Shown: positions 37,980 through 50,885 of the stretch, in pieces
Layout: each line of letters starts with the position of its first letter
Numbering within the stretch: the stretch's first letter is position 1
Assembly (NCBI GenBank): GCA_043228905.1
Contig: JBHGNT010000016.1
Coordinates: 8,804,001-8,868,000 of the forward strand
DNA: 64,000 bases
Source of the DNA: Azolla caroliniana
Taxonomy: Eukaryota; Plantae; Polypodiophyta
Direction: 5' to 3'
Program-made: the position numbers and the translations under genes
The notes under the pieces: model-generated
The model's input: only the letters and a program-made list of their open reading frames with translations
What the model was told of the DNA's origin: nothing
The model's database searches: none

Positions 37980-40900
37980 TGAATGATTATTTCTGGAAAA
38001 GAAATAGAATAAGGTCTGAAAAATAGTTATAACATCAAGTCATGATGTAAACATATCATGGGCCAACATTAATCGATATCATGATCTCACGTCAATACCC
38101 CTCTAGACGTATGAGATGAGGTTCAAGATTAGGTTACTATGTTAACACAAAGGTGTTTTAAAAACCATGGGGGTGACAAATGAATGTCTTTCCCTTATCT
38201 CTATATCGATTTTTTCATGGCGGCTCCCCGAGGCTCAACCATGTATGTTCGCGTCATGAATAGTTTATACACAAAAAAAATGTTAACAATAAACTATGTT
38301 TTTGTGCCCACGTATGTGGTTTCAGCTCTTTTAAGTCCTATTACGAGGACCCCGAAGTGCACTTAGACCCAAAGTCTAAACATGTATTATAATCATATGT
38401 ATCAACAATGGTGTATGGTCTTGGTCATATTTGAACTCGAGACCTCGAGAACAAATGCATTAAACACTTTGAGCTAACCTAATAGGTTGCTCGTGTTGAA
38501 TGTTTAATGTTTTAATGCCTTTAAGAGATATGTGAGGCATTTGCTCATATATGTTTTTTAAAAAGAAACATATATATCAAGAGTCCTTATTTCCCCCTCA
38601 TTTGCCACAAACAGAGTTGACCCACCACGAAACAGAGTCTCGACGTAGTCAAGATATGATGAAATGAGGGTAGCTAGGCCTCATATTTATAGCGATACCC
38701 AAGGCCCCCAGGCAAGTTCACACTTGGCCTAATGGGTTGTCTCAATCTTGAGGATTAAAAGTAATCTTCCCCTTCTTTACACTCTCGTTTAACCCTCACA
38801 CTTATCCACGTGTATAGAATACTACGGTAAATTCTCACCACGAGATATTATATGGTCATGCCCGTAACAATAAAATTGGAAGTGGACCGACGATCTGACA
38901 CATCACTGTCCCAGTCGGCATCTATATGGTTAGACCGTGTCCATACAACATTCCCCGATACCTTAGTGCCACCCACATATCTCAATAGTCAATGCACGTA
39001 CTGAAGGTGCTCGACAGTCGGCCTCTACATAAATTGGTTGATCACTCCAACTGGAGAGCTAATGTTGGGTCAAGTGATTGTCAAATATATAAGGTTTCCG
39101 ACAATTTTTCGGAACCGTTTCTCATTGTAGGCCGGTCCAGAGTCGGGACAAAACTTGAGATTCCGGTCTAGGAGTGTTGAGATTGGTCGACATTCGGTCA
39201 TGCCGAACTTGTACAACATAGTCAGTACATAAAGCCGTTATGACAACAATATGCCGTCAGGGATGTGGATCACTTCGATCCCGAGGAAGTAATGAAGGTC
39301 CCCATGTCCTTCATTTTGAATGCTTCCGACAGTTCAGACTTCAGTCGACCGATTTCAGGGAGGTGGGGTTCGGTGACAACTATGTCGTCGACATATAGCA
39401 AAATGCATACTGGACCTTTCAGACCCTTTCGGATGAACAATGATGAATCGGATTTGGAGGCAAGAAACCCCATCTTACACAACCGGTGCATTATCTTCGA
39501 ATTCCAAGCTCGGGGGGTTTGTTTCAGGCCATAGAGCGACTTCTTGAGGTAGCACACTGTCGACTTGTTCGTCTGTGACTGAAATCTGGGGGGTTGGATC
39601 ATATAGACTTGTTCTTAGAGATTTCCTTGAAGAAACACATTCTTCATGTCCATTTGGTGAAGATGCCACCCCTTTGTCGTAGCAACTACCAACACCACAC
39701 GAACCATCATCATCTTCACTACCGAAACGAAGGTCTCATCGTAGTCGATTCAGTGGGTCTGTGCATATCCTTTTGCCACTAGTCAGGCCTTGTACTAGTT
39801 GACTGAACCGTCAGCATTATATTTTACCTTGTATACCCACTTAGAGCTGATTAGTTTATAGTGTTGGGGAGGGTCAACTAGGTCCCATGTGTCATTGGCA
39901 TCAAGTGCCTGCATTTATTCCTCCATCGCGGCACGCCAATTCACGTCCTTCGCCACCTCTACCTAGCTCTCTAGCTCACACACTTCTGCCACTTTCGTCA
40001 TGTACGTATAGTGATGCGCCATGTATTCATTATACCCATACTGCTTCACAGGATGATCGACGTAACTTCTCGTTAGCCGATTTAAGGGCCCTCTTGGTCG
40101 ACTCGGACTTCATTTCCGAAGGTTCGTCTTCATTCTTTCCGTAGTCGGATTTGCTCTGATCCAACTCATCCCTACCGATGTCGTATTCCAGCATCTTCTT
40201 CTTCCCCGTCTCATTGTGTGTGAACTGTCTCCTCGGTTCCTTGCGCGGGGAGAGCACGACCAAGTCTCCGCTACTCACCGGTTCTTCGTCTGACTGAGTC
40301 GTTCCGACTTAGTCCCTCATTCGGTCTGCTTAGCCAAAATGAGATCGGACTCTCGTCTGGAGTACTAAAGTCTTCTTCTTCTTCTACCCGGATGATTTCG
40401 GGCTCACTGGCCTCATTCTCGATGATCGAATAGTCGGAGTTGTCGGGGGTTGGAGTCAAGGTCGGTAAGGAATACCAAGATGTTGACTCGTCGAATTTGA
40501 CATCTCGGCTTACTCGAAATTCTTTTTTTCGAGGGTTGTTACACTTATACCCCTTTTGCTCATGTGAGTAGCCGACCAAAATGCACTTCTCTGACTTTGT
40601 GTCTAGCTTCTTCCACTTCTCATCCGGCACATGCACATACACGATGTTGCCAAATACCCTCAGGTGTCTCGCGTTCGTCTTTAACCCAAAGTGCAACTCG
40701 TGTGCCGACACCTTATCCCCAATCTAGTTTTGGATGTACACCGCATTCCAAACCGCTTCGGCCCAGTAGACCTTGGGCATGCTCTTCTCCTCCATCATTG
40801 CCCGTGCCGCCTCCACAATTGACCGATTCTTCCTCTTGGCTACGTCGTTATGCTTTGGCGTATATTTCCAGTTGAATTCTCTCTAAATTCCCTTTTGCTG

Positions 40901-43862
40901 TAGATAATAGTTGAATTGGACAAAAAAGTATTTTTTCCCGCTATCCGACCGCAAGCACTTTATCTTCCTCTTTGTTTCCCGTTCAACTAAACTTTCTGGA
41001 TTTCAGAAACAGTCGAAAACTTTGCTTTTCTTCTCGATGAGATAGATCCACATGTGCCAGCTGTAGTTGTCGATGAAGGAGACAAAATATCGACTCCCGC
41101 CAAGACTCACATTTTCTGACGGTCCCCATACATCCAAATGTATTAAATCGAGATTATTCCGACTCCGGTTTCACTCGTTGGGGAATGGAAGTCAGTGTTT
41201 CTTCCCAAGCTAGCAGGCTTCACAAATTCGGGCCTTCCGGCCATTGAATTTCGGCAATCTAAACACAACCTATTTCGATTATAGGTCTTGAAGCCTCTGA
41301 TAATTGACGTGGCCTATTCTCTTGTGCCATAAGTCGATGTCTGACTCAACTTTTTGTCCTTTGGCGAATAGAGCGATGTTGACGTCATTAGTGTCGAGGA
41401 TGAACATCCTCTTGTCCCGGCGCCCTTGCGCGATGATTTGGCCCTCTTCCTCGATGAAGCACCCGAGATACGTGAATCGAACTTGCATCCCCTGGTCGGC
41501 AATCTGTCTGACCGACACCAGGTTCTTTGTTATTGTCGAGACGTGTAACATGTTCATGAGCTTCCCTCTCTATCCAACATGGCTAAGGGTAACTTCTCTG
41601 ACATGTTGGATCGGGTCAGGAGTGTCGTCTCCGGTTTCGACAACTCCTGGTTGCTCCGGTTTTTCCAGATACAAGAACCACTCTTTATGACTCGTCATAT
41701 GGTTTGATGCTCCAGAGTCAACGTACCACACTTCTTCTGACTCAGAGGTGATCTTCTTCAGCGAGTTCGCCTTGTGCTTCATCATAAAGGCTGACCCTTT
41801 TCCATTCTTTCCGGTTCCGGTTCCTTCCAATCCTTCGGCGTAGTGCAAGCTTTGCCGACTCCCTTGTTCGGTCTTGCCGGATCTAGATTTGTCTAAATCA
41901 GCATGCTTCGTCCAGCACTCACTTTCCTTGTGGCCTTTCTTGCCACAATACCAGCATTTCGTTGTGATTTTCGATTGCCGATTCCCGGCGCCGCCTTGAC
42001 TCCTTTTGCTCGTGGAGGGTCTGGAGTTGTTGTCGGCACTATCTCCGTGCCTCCGATTTTGCTCTTATCGGTCGCCATTGTTGTGTGCTAATCTACCTCG
42101 TCCTCCACGCCCACATGGTCGATCCGCCTCTGTGTACAACATCTGGTTGTCTGATTGAGTGGTCCTCAACCCACTCACGTGGTTTTCTTCGACCATCATC
42201 ATCGATTGCAAGTCGAAGAAGGACGGTAGCTTCTCTAGGGTGCAAATCGCCATCCGGATAGGCCCATACCTCTGTGCCAGACCATCGAGGAAAATCTGCA
42301 CCATCTCTTCTTCATCCACCGTCATGTTGATGGACCCCAATGTGTCGCAAATCTCCTTTATCTTGGTGGTGTAGTCCGTAACCGAGACATTCCTTTGTCG
42401 AATGTTGTTGAGCTCTTGCCGGAGTTGCAACTTACGGGCACTAGTACTTGCCACAAAAATCTTCTTCAGATTTTCCCAGGCTTCTTTCGGCGTTAGCATG
42501 TGATCTGCACACAGGACACGAGGCAGTACAACACTCTACTCGTTCCTTGCTCCCATGCCAGGAAGTCCTTGTGTCCCGGCTCTGACGCTACTTCATTTGG
42601 TCCTTCGACATAGCTCCAGTATCCATGGCCGAGCAGGTATTGGTGCATCTTGTACGACCAAGACGCGTAGTTATTTCTATCGAGCTTCTCTGTTCGAAGC
42701 GAGCTAGCCATTCCTCTATCCATTTCCTTCTTCTGCATGTTCTTTACTGGAAGTTAGGTTTTCGTCTATCTAGTGCTTTCTGTTGGCAGTAGAGGATTTT
42801 CAACCCTCACACTCTGATACCATGAAAAGTGTTACGTGTGGAAGCTCGTAGACAAAACCGACTTCACCGGATATTAACAGAAAATATGTGCAGGTTTAAT
42901 GGAAGCTTCAAGAACAAACAGAGAGTACACGGCAGAGACAGAAAGAGCAGAACAATAAACTCAATTTAAAAAATAACAACACTTTGTACATACAATGTGC
43001 TCACTAAGCACTTTTATACAAGTCCTTAAAAGGATTGATAGAAGTACTGACATGTACTTCAATGCTCGTACTGAGCGATAGATACTGATTCCCAAAAATA
43101 TGCCTACATACTAGGCTATGATCGTAGGCCTCTAACGGCCTACCGGTTACACTCAGATCCGGACACCGATTCGGCTCTCCGTTTCGGACACTAATCTGGA
43201 CATTGATCTTGCTCTTGGCTTATTCAGCCGATCCAAATCATGTTGAGCTTGTCTGCTCAACACTTTCCAATTTGCGTCTATCTCTCTTTCTCTATTCTCC
43301 CCTTCTCTCTCCCTCACGCTCAAACCCCCTTGGGAGGGGGATGGAGCCGTTCTTGGCTCCAACCCCCACCCAAAAACAAGTGTTTGCCATAGACATGTTC
43401 TTAAGCTTGTCATATTTTTCATGGACTGGAGAGGATTCAAAAGAGGCACAAAAGTATCTTTTACCAAGTGTGTATATTATTTTTAAGCACCCTAAGAAGA
43501 GATTGAGAACACTTGTTGAGAGTGGTTTGTAAAAAGAAAGATTAGAGGACTTTGGTGTCCAAACTTCATGAAAGTCCTTGAGCAAAAGGAAACCACCCTT
43601 ATATACCTAAAACTAAGTTTCAACTTGAAAAGGAGAGGCAACATTAATATTTTTATTTATGACATTATTTAATTATCCTACGTCACCAGTGATTTATATA
43701 ATTGGACATATGTGTCCTATTTGTTTGAAATACGAATCCCCACTAAGTGCATAGAACCTTTTAATTTACTAACACCAATTATATTGGGAGAATTGTTTAT
43801 CTAGAAACACTAAGGCAAATGTGAAACTAGGGATAAATTGGGGATAAACCCATATGTTCTTT

Positions 43863-44165
43863 GAGCATGGTCAGGATTTTGCATTTATGTTACAAGAGAT
43901 TGGTGGTGTTGATCCTAATATTGTTGAGCCAATGATCATTTTCACAATTCCACATATATCTTGGAACTTTAGGCCTATGCTTGTTCATAGAGCTCGTGTA
44001 ACACTATTAATCAAGCTTTTGTAACCAAGAAGTTAGAATGGGAATTTTAGGTCATCTAGTGCCACACACTCAAGTAGGTGGTTTATAGTTCCTTAGAAAA
44101 ATGGTTTATTTAGATTCAAGATCTCCAATTGGTCCAATTGTGAATGAGTTTGCAAATGCATTTAA
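43863..44165 (+). pseudogene. Small relic of a Ty3/Gypsy RT N-terminal region
   Basis: Reads EIGGVDPNIVEPMIIFTIPHISWNFRPM.. and HSSRWFIVP*KNG..RF..QDLQ. Confidence 0.6.
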
Positions 44166-44174
44166 CAATCGACA

Positions 44175-44582
44175 ACGGTTCAGTTTGAGAGTGTCAAACT
44201 CAAACCATTTAAAAATTTTGAAACTTAAACAAAACTGAACCATGAAACTATTTAAACCAAACCGTTACAAAAATATCCAAACCTTAAAATTGTGGTTTTG
44301 TGGTTCGGTTTTAGTTTTCAAGTTAGGTCAAAATTCAACCATTAAAAAAAAACAATCTTTAAAATTTTAAAATTTTAAAGATTTTTCTAAAATGTGAGAA
44401 TTAAACTTAAAAATGAAAAAGTTGTTCAAAAAAATATTTAAGAAAGTAATCAAGTGGCAACCCTAAACCATCAAACTGTTTAAATTGAACCGAACCGTTA
44501 AAATAAACTTGAACCTAGACCTAACCGAGTCAAATTGTTTAAACTGTAATGTCGTTAATTCGCGGTTTTGGGTTTGAACAAT
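44175..44582. mobile_element. Decayed MITE/hAT-like relic with AAACCG/AACCGAACC motifs in both orientations
   Basis: AT-rich segment with repeated AAACTGAACC, AAACCAAACCG, GGTTCGGTTT and AACCGAACCG; TIR and TSD not resolved. Confidence 0.35.
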
Positions 44583-46596
44583 ACTGTTGCCAATTACTAG
44601 AAGCATTTGCCAATTGGGCAATTTATTCCATGGACGATCTAACGTCAAGATATTACCAATTCAAATAAGCTCTAGGTAATTGAGATATTAATACCGTACT
44701 CATACAAATTGGATCGGTAAAGATGCCTAACTTATTTTAGATGCAACAAATTTTGTGCCGCACATTATGAATGCTATGGATAAAGACTAAATGATTCATT
44801 CCCCATGCTACAATACCTTTTTTCGATGATTTGCCTATTAAAGATTGCTTGGAATAAAAAAAAGGTGAAAGGTTTCAAAACTATATTTCTATGCATATAA
44901 AAGATTGTGAGAAAATTTAAACATGTTAAACAAATATATACTTGTCTTTGTCTCGCCAAAATCTATTTTCAAAATGAAAGAGATTTTAATGGGCAATCAT
45001 ATGTCCACATCATATAGTAGAAAACCATCACCCACAAAGGTAGATGGTATACAAACAATGAAAATGTGTGTGAAAATCCTTTTGAGGTATGCATATTTAT
45101 CGGTACTAAATCATTATTAACTGCATTTGCCCACAAAACAACTTTCACATTCAACACTTTGGCTAGCTTAAAAGAAGCCCCATCAAATCAACAAATTATG
45201 TAGGGATGAAGCAATCACTCCAAATCAGGCATGCTAGCCAAAAGAAAACACTTAGATTTCAACTTTGCTTGGTTCTTCACGAGACCGATCAAAGAATGCC
45301 CCAAATATTCCTCAACACAAAATAGGTAACGCTACACTATGCTAATGTAGAAGGTCCTCTCACCCATTGCCAAAGTTGTAACCTCTCCTCGTATGATCAA
45401 AGTGGGTTCCTCCAACAAATTGCTAGTGATTCCTCTTAAAAATAAATAAATAAACACACAACTATGTCTGAAGATGTACACATTGAACACACTTCGAAAG
45501 TCACATAGATATTAGTACTTCAAAAGGTACCATCCACTACATAAAAGGGTTTACCTTTTTACTACATCAAACACTCACAACCACTAAGATCTCGTTTTAG
45601 CATTGCAATAGGTACCAAAATTAGATTAACAACATATGAGGGTGTGGACAACTCACAAGATGAAACTCATCGCAACCTAGACCTAGGTTAACCTCCATGT
45701 CACCTAACTTCAAGATGAGAAGCAATAATTCTTAACCAATGTGTTGGGAAATTTGGTCCCTCCAGATGGGAACAACACAATTCAAATATTGCACAAGGAG
45801 TCGGATCATCAGGAGCCGATTTAGCACCAACTGGAGAGAGAAACCAAATTAGTCGATCGCTAACTCGGCCAAGGCCGAAAAATCGACTAACCGATAATCA
45901 ATCGATAACCAATTCGGCTAATAGCCGAATAGACCGAATCTGACTAGGCTATATTTGCAAATAGTCATATATGTATATGAGTATAAATATAGTTAAGGCA
46001 AGTAGATATGTGATGTGTGGTGATTATAGTTGAATAGTTGTGGTTATTGAGGAATAAAAACTTGTAGAGTGTATCATTGTGTGTGTGTAACCGTCATCAG
46101 ACAAAGAAGAGCTCAAGGTTGTTGCCTTCACGCCTCCTATTGTATTCCTTCCTACTATAGTGATCTAGTTTGGAGTTTGTGGACTCCCGTGGTTGTGGCT
46201 GGCTACATATTCATGTCACAATGTGACCAAACTTGGACCATGGAGGTCACCTTGGGAAATTGCCATGATTGATTTTGCTTCAAGGTGGAAAAGGAATGAC
46301 AAAATTGCTCTATCTTCCCTTATAGATCAATACACCACCCTCCATGGCATTACGGTGGCTCACCTCCAAAGTGACACAAACTACAACTCTCATCCTACAA
46401 TGACCATCAAACTCTACACTCAAATGCAAGCAATCACCATGCACCTACTCAAAGCCATTGGGAAGTGGTCACATTATTTGTAGCCCCTCACAAATGAAGA
46501 TGCTTGCCTAGACATGCTCACAACACGGGTTCCCGCAACTACCCCTGGGGGGACTATAGTTCCATGATCATCTATGTCGATGCTTGCATGGCTACT

Positions 46597-46876
46597 TGTT
46601 AGAGACATGAACTAATGTAAGCATTAGATAAGGATGGAATATAGATGAATAGATAGATCTAGATAGAGAGGAGAGAGAGAAAGAAGGGTGTTGATCCACC
46701 CTACCACCCCCGGGCGAAGGGATCGAGACGACTCGATGCCAAGGCGGTGGTATGGGACGCCGATCCTAGTAGGGTGGATCGGCACCCTTCTTTCTCTCTC
46801 TCCTCTCTATCTAGATCTATCTATTCATCTATATTCCATCCTTATCTAATGCTTACATTAGTTCATGTCTCTAACA
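46597..46876. mobile_element. 280-bp palindromic element made of two inverted U5 ends of the G3/G4 LTR family
   Basis: Arms 46597-46704 and 46769-46876 (108 bp, 2 mismatches); TGTTA..TAACA termini; flanks CTACT/CTACC; the centre is LTR-derived (GGCGGTGGTATGGGACGCCGATC). Confidence 0.9.
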
Positions 46877-47500
46877 CTACCTGAGTTACTCACCACACTT
46901 GACATCATCTTTGAGTTCACTTCTTACAAGCTTCATAGTTTCCCTACAAACAATAAGTTATAGATTGCACTCAAACAACTAAAGCTGATTAAAACTGCGC
47001 TAGATGAAAGTAACCCATTGGTGTTATTCCTCATTTGCCCAAGTGGTACAACACAAGACTAAACACCATCTTCCTCAATTCAAGATCCCTTTTGTCTTGC
47101 TAAAATATTTCACACCCTTCTTGCGGATTTTCATGACAATGTCTTTGAAAGGCCAAAGTGTCATATGAGACTAAAGTTACATCCATGTGAATGTCATAGA
47201 AGCTTTGGTAAAGGAGAGACCGATAACAATATTGCTAGACCAAAAGTTACATCCACGTGAATCTTACAAAAGTCATTGGTTCGATAAAGAATAAGGCAAG
47301 CGTTGGTCTAAGTTTCACGATTGTAAAAGATGGACGAATTAGCTTACAATGCAATTGGACCAAAACCTACATCCTTATGAATCTTACAAAAGTTGGGTAA
47401 GAAAGAAACTCATCTCGTAGGGTTAGCACGACAGCTACAAAAATCAGGAGGCATACAATACATACGTATCCTTTGCTTGTATTTTTGGAGAAAGGTATGT

Positions 47501-47550
47501 ACATACATACATACATAACATACATACATACATACATACATACATACATA
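47501..47550. repeat. (ACAT)n microsatellite just upstream of the glutaredoxin
   Basis: About 12 tetranucleotide units with one interruption. Confidence 0.9.
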
Positions 47551-47578
47551 AATAAAGAGAGAGTGGTAGGGAGAATGA

Positions 47579-50500
47579 ATGGGTGGGAAGCTTGATCGAT
47601 ACGCTTCTTCGTCTGACTCTGTTGCTGCAGTAGCTATGGCCTTGTCGAAGGCGCAGGACCTTGTCTCCTCCAACCCTGTCGTGGTCTTCAGGTAACCTCC
47701 CCATCTCTCTCACAGATAGATAGATAGATTCTATTATCTGTCTTCGGAGTCAAATATGATCTATGAGACCAAAAACAGAGGCGCGCCGAGAGCGAGATCT
47801 TGTTTCTTCTGTTATGACTAGGGACGAGACTTGTACTACGAGTAGAAAACGAGAGATTTTTCCCTCTTCGTGTCAGCTGTAGAGACAGAGAGTTTGTTTC
47901 ATGATGCACTTAGGTTTGTGTCGAAGAATATTATTGATGCCCAATTTTAGAAGAGAAAGTTGGGATGTCATGTCTCCTAAATTGCATCGTTGTAAAGTCT
48001 AAGAGAGTGGGTATTAAACGGAGCATCTTCGTTTTAGCATCCAATGGTGCTGCTCACCCTTTTTTAGTGCTTCTCTAAGGGTCCAGATGTCTCCTTGACA
48101 CCCACTCATGGAGTTCATAAGTCCGCATTGCATATCCCTTGGGACCTCAGCAGTTCGCATATTCGATGAGGTTTGGCTCATATCAGTTTGTCAAAGACCT
48201 TTCGTGGTAATTTACAAAGCAGCAATTCGGTCCTCATTCAATGGGCTCAACCCACATCAACAAGAGCCATAGCTTCGATATGTGGCCTATACTTGATGCC
48301 CATGTTTATTTGCCCATTCACTTCATCCTTACAAACTGGCCAAATAATAGTCTATAATGATCTGTAGTTATCCAGCATCCCTCTTAAAAATTGTCAAGAT
48401 AGCCTGTCCAGTCCAGCTAGACAGGAATCCCCCTCATACAACTCTATTGAGCATATGCAGTAAAAGTGAACCAAAGTATCATGTGGATATACAAATGTTC
48501 TCCCTACTAGGTTGTGATGGTCTCTGGCATTCCCGTCTTTCAATCATACTAATCACCATTTCCCCAGCGAATTATAGAGGAAATTTGTCTTATAGAGGAA
48601 ATCATGCTAATCTTTCGAGAGACAGAGAGAAACCTTCTTTCCTGATGATGACACATTCATTAATACTCTCATTAAAGTGATTGTATCTTGTTTTAGTATT
48701 CTAATTTAGAGAGAGAGAAAGCTCTTGCTTCATGCATCAGTGTTATAAACAGAGGAGCTCATGTTTCCTGTATCAGTTTTATATTTCTATGCACATATAG
48801 AGAGATGGTTATGCTTCTTCTCTCTTCTTGGTTCTTGTTGCAGCAAATCTTATTGCCCCTTCTGTACTCGAGTCAAACAACTTCTAGCTAGTATTGGCGC
48901 AAAAAGTAAAGTGATCGAGCTTGATCAAGAGAGTAAGTACTCAAGACCTTTCTTTATCCATTTTCTATTATGATGTTTTGTGTTGATTAAATAGTTTCAG
49001 TCTCAGACATGATTCTTTGTTGAGAATGATTTGAATTGAGTTTGTTTCTCTGCATGTAGTTTCTTCTTGTTGGCTGTGGAGGTTAATTTGGTTTCTAAAT
49101 AGAAATCTATAACAATTGTTTATTTCTATGTGTGACATAAAAATATCTACCTTGACTGCTGGAAATTGTTAATTTACGGGTCTCAATGGAGCTTATCAAG
49201 TCATCAGCACTAGATGGTGGTATTTTCTTTCTGTATTTATTTTTAGTTTTCTGTGTCATGAATATTTTCTTTAGTGAATGTAATTTCAGCTAGCCTTTCT
49301 AATTAAAGAAGTCAGTCGATGAAGTGTGTAGTGTTTGTGGTCTAATGCCAAAGTTGACTGTATGGTTGCTCTGTTTGACCATGTGGAGAATTCTTTATAT
49401 GGCCAAATTGGGACCAATGAAAGATTTATATGCATTCCACAATGAAAGATCATTTTGATGAAGTGTGTAGTGTTTATGGTCTAATGCCAAAGTTGACTGT
49501 ATGGTTGCTCTGTTTGACCATGTGGGGAATTTTCTATATGCCCAAATTGGGACCAATGAAAGATTTATATGCATTACACAATGAAAGATCATTTTCATCT
49601 TTACGTAAACAGTAGAATAAATTTGGTCTACAAAATCCATCATAATCATATTTCTTTGGTTGTAGGTGATGGATCAGACCTGCAGTCTGCTCTAGCTCAA
49701 TGGACAGGCCAGAGAACTGTTCCAAACGTATTCATTGGTGGGACTCACATAGGAGGCTGTGATAGTAAGTGCTCCAAAACCTTATTTCAATGGTTGCAAA
49801 ACCTTTGCACATTGCCACACAGACATGCACACATAATATATACATATTGTGAAATGCACATAAGAGATCAAAACCAGCCTAGTTAGCTTCTTACTTCTTA
49901 CTCAATTTATAGTTGATACAAAGGTACCCATTTGGGTTGGCTTAGCTGAAAAGGGTATGCTAAAAGGGTGGGTTGGCTTAGGTACATGCATCCTAAAAAG
50001 GGTGTGCTAAAAGGGTGGCACAAAGGCAGACATGCACACCACATTTCTCCCTTGAGAGAAACAAGGAGGTTTACAACATGGGGAAAGGACGGGGGTCAAA
50101 AGATGGGCCTACGGTGGCATGTTGGCAGGTTTGGAATGGATGTCAATGGACGATTCTGGTGGGAGGTGAGGATAATGCCCATAGAGTGCTCGAAAATGGC
50201 TGATTCGTGCGGTAACCTCTTGCTTGAGGGTCTTGTTGAGGCGTTCGGTGAGGCCATTGGTCTGAGGATGGTATGAGGACATAAACACCTGCTGGACACC
50301 TACTTGAGCTGGAACGACGTTGAGGACATTCTCGTGGAACTGGCGACCCTGATCAGATAATAGTTGGACGGGGCTAGTGACGGAAAACAAGCTAGCAATT
50401 GGCGGATAGAGCTATCGTGTAGGAAGGGGATCGGAGAAACTTGTCAGACAAGACGTTAGTGGCCAACCTAAGGTGAGGGGGAAGAGGTGGATACTTGGAC

Positions 50501-50885
50501 ATGGGGGACTGGTACCCTGCTTCTCCACCAATATGTGAAATGCATATAAGAGATCAAAACCAGCCTAGTTAGCTTCTTACTTCCTACTCAATTTATAGTT
50601 GATACAAAGGTACCCATTTGGGTTGGCTTAGCTAAAAAGGGTATGCTAAAAGGGTGGGTTGACTTAGGTACATGCATCCTAAAAAGGGTGTACTAAAAGG
50701 GTGGCACAAAGGCACACATGCACACCACAATATGTTGACAAAATATAACAAACGTACATCCACATATAGTAATATATTATAGATTAGGCAGGTATTTGAC
50801 TAATATGTTGCTGTTTGCAGCCACCGTGGCCAAGCACAATGCAGGGAAACTTGTTCCTCTTCTGGTGGAGGCGAAAGCTCTCTGA
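47579..50885 (+). CDS. GRXC2: Class I dithiol glutaredoxin (CPFC active site, GRXC1/C2-like), 4 exons
   Basis: Exons 47579 (or 47636)-47691, 48844-48932, 49666-49764 and 50821-50885, all GT-AG and in frame: ..NPVVVFSKSYCPFCTRVK..GQRTVPNVFIGGTHIGGCD..GKLVPLL; 121 aa (102 aa from the second ATG). Confidence 0.93.
49318..49595. repeat. Tandem duplication of a 139-bp unit in glutaredoxin intron 2
   Basis: 49318-49456 and 49457-49595 are near-identical. Confidence 0.92.
49848..50729 (-). mobile_element. 882-bp non-autonomous LTR element (TRIM-like Gypsy deletion derivative) in glutaredoxin intron 3
   Basis: 196-bp LTRs 49848-50043 and 50534-50729 (6 differences); TSD ATAT; PBS TGGTGGAGAAGCAGGG (minus, about 50516-50531); PPT AAGGGAGAAA (minus, 50044-50053); integrase relic LLSDQGRQF..SSYHPQTNGLTERLN. 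Confidence 0.92.

Noticed and set aside
38625-38670. Hammerhead ribozyme (GAAAC..GTC..TGATGA) in the LTR, retrozyme-like
   Set aside because: The core lacks CUGAUGA, stem II does not form, and other LTR copies do not conserve the motif.
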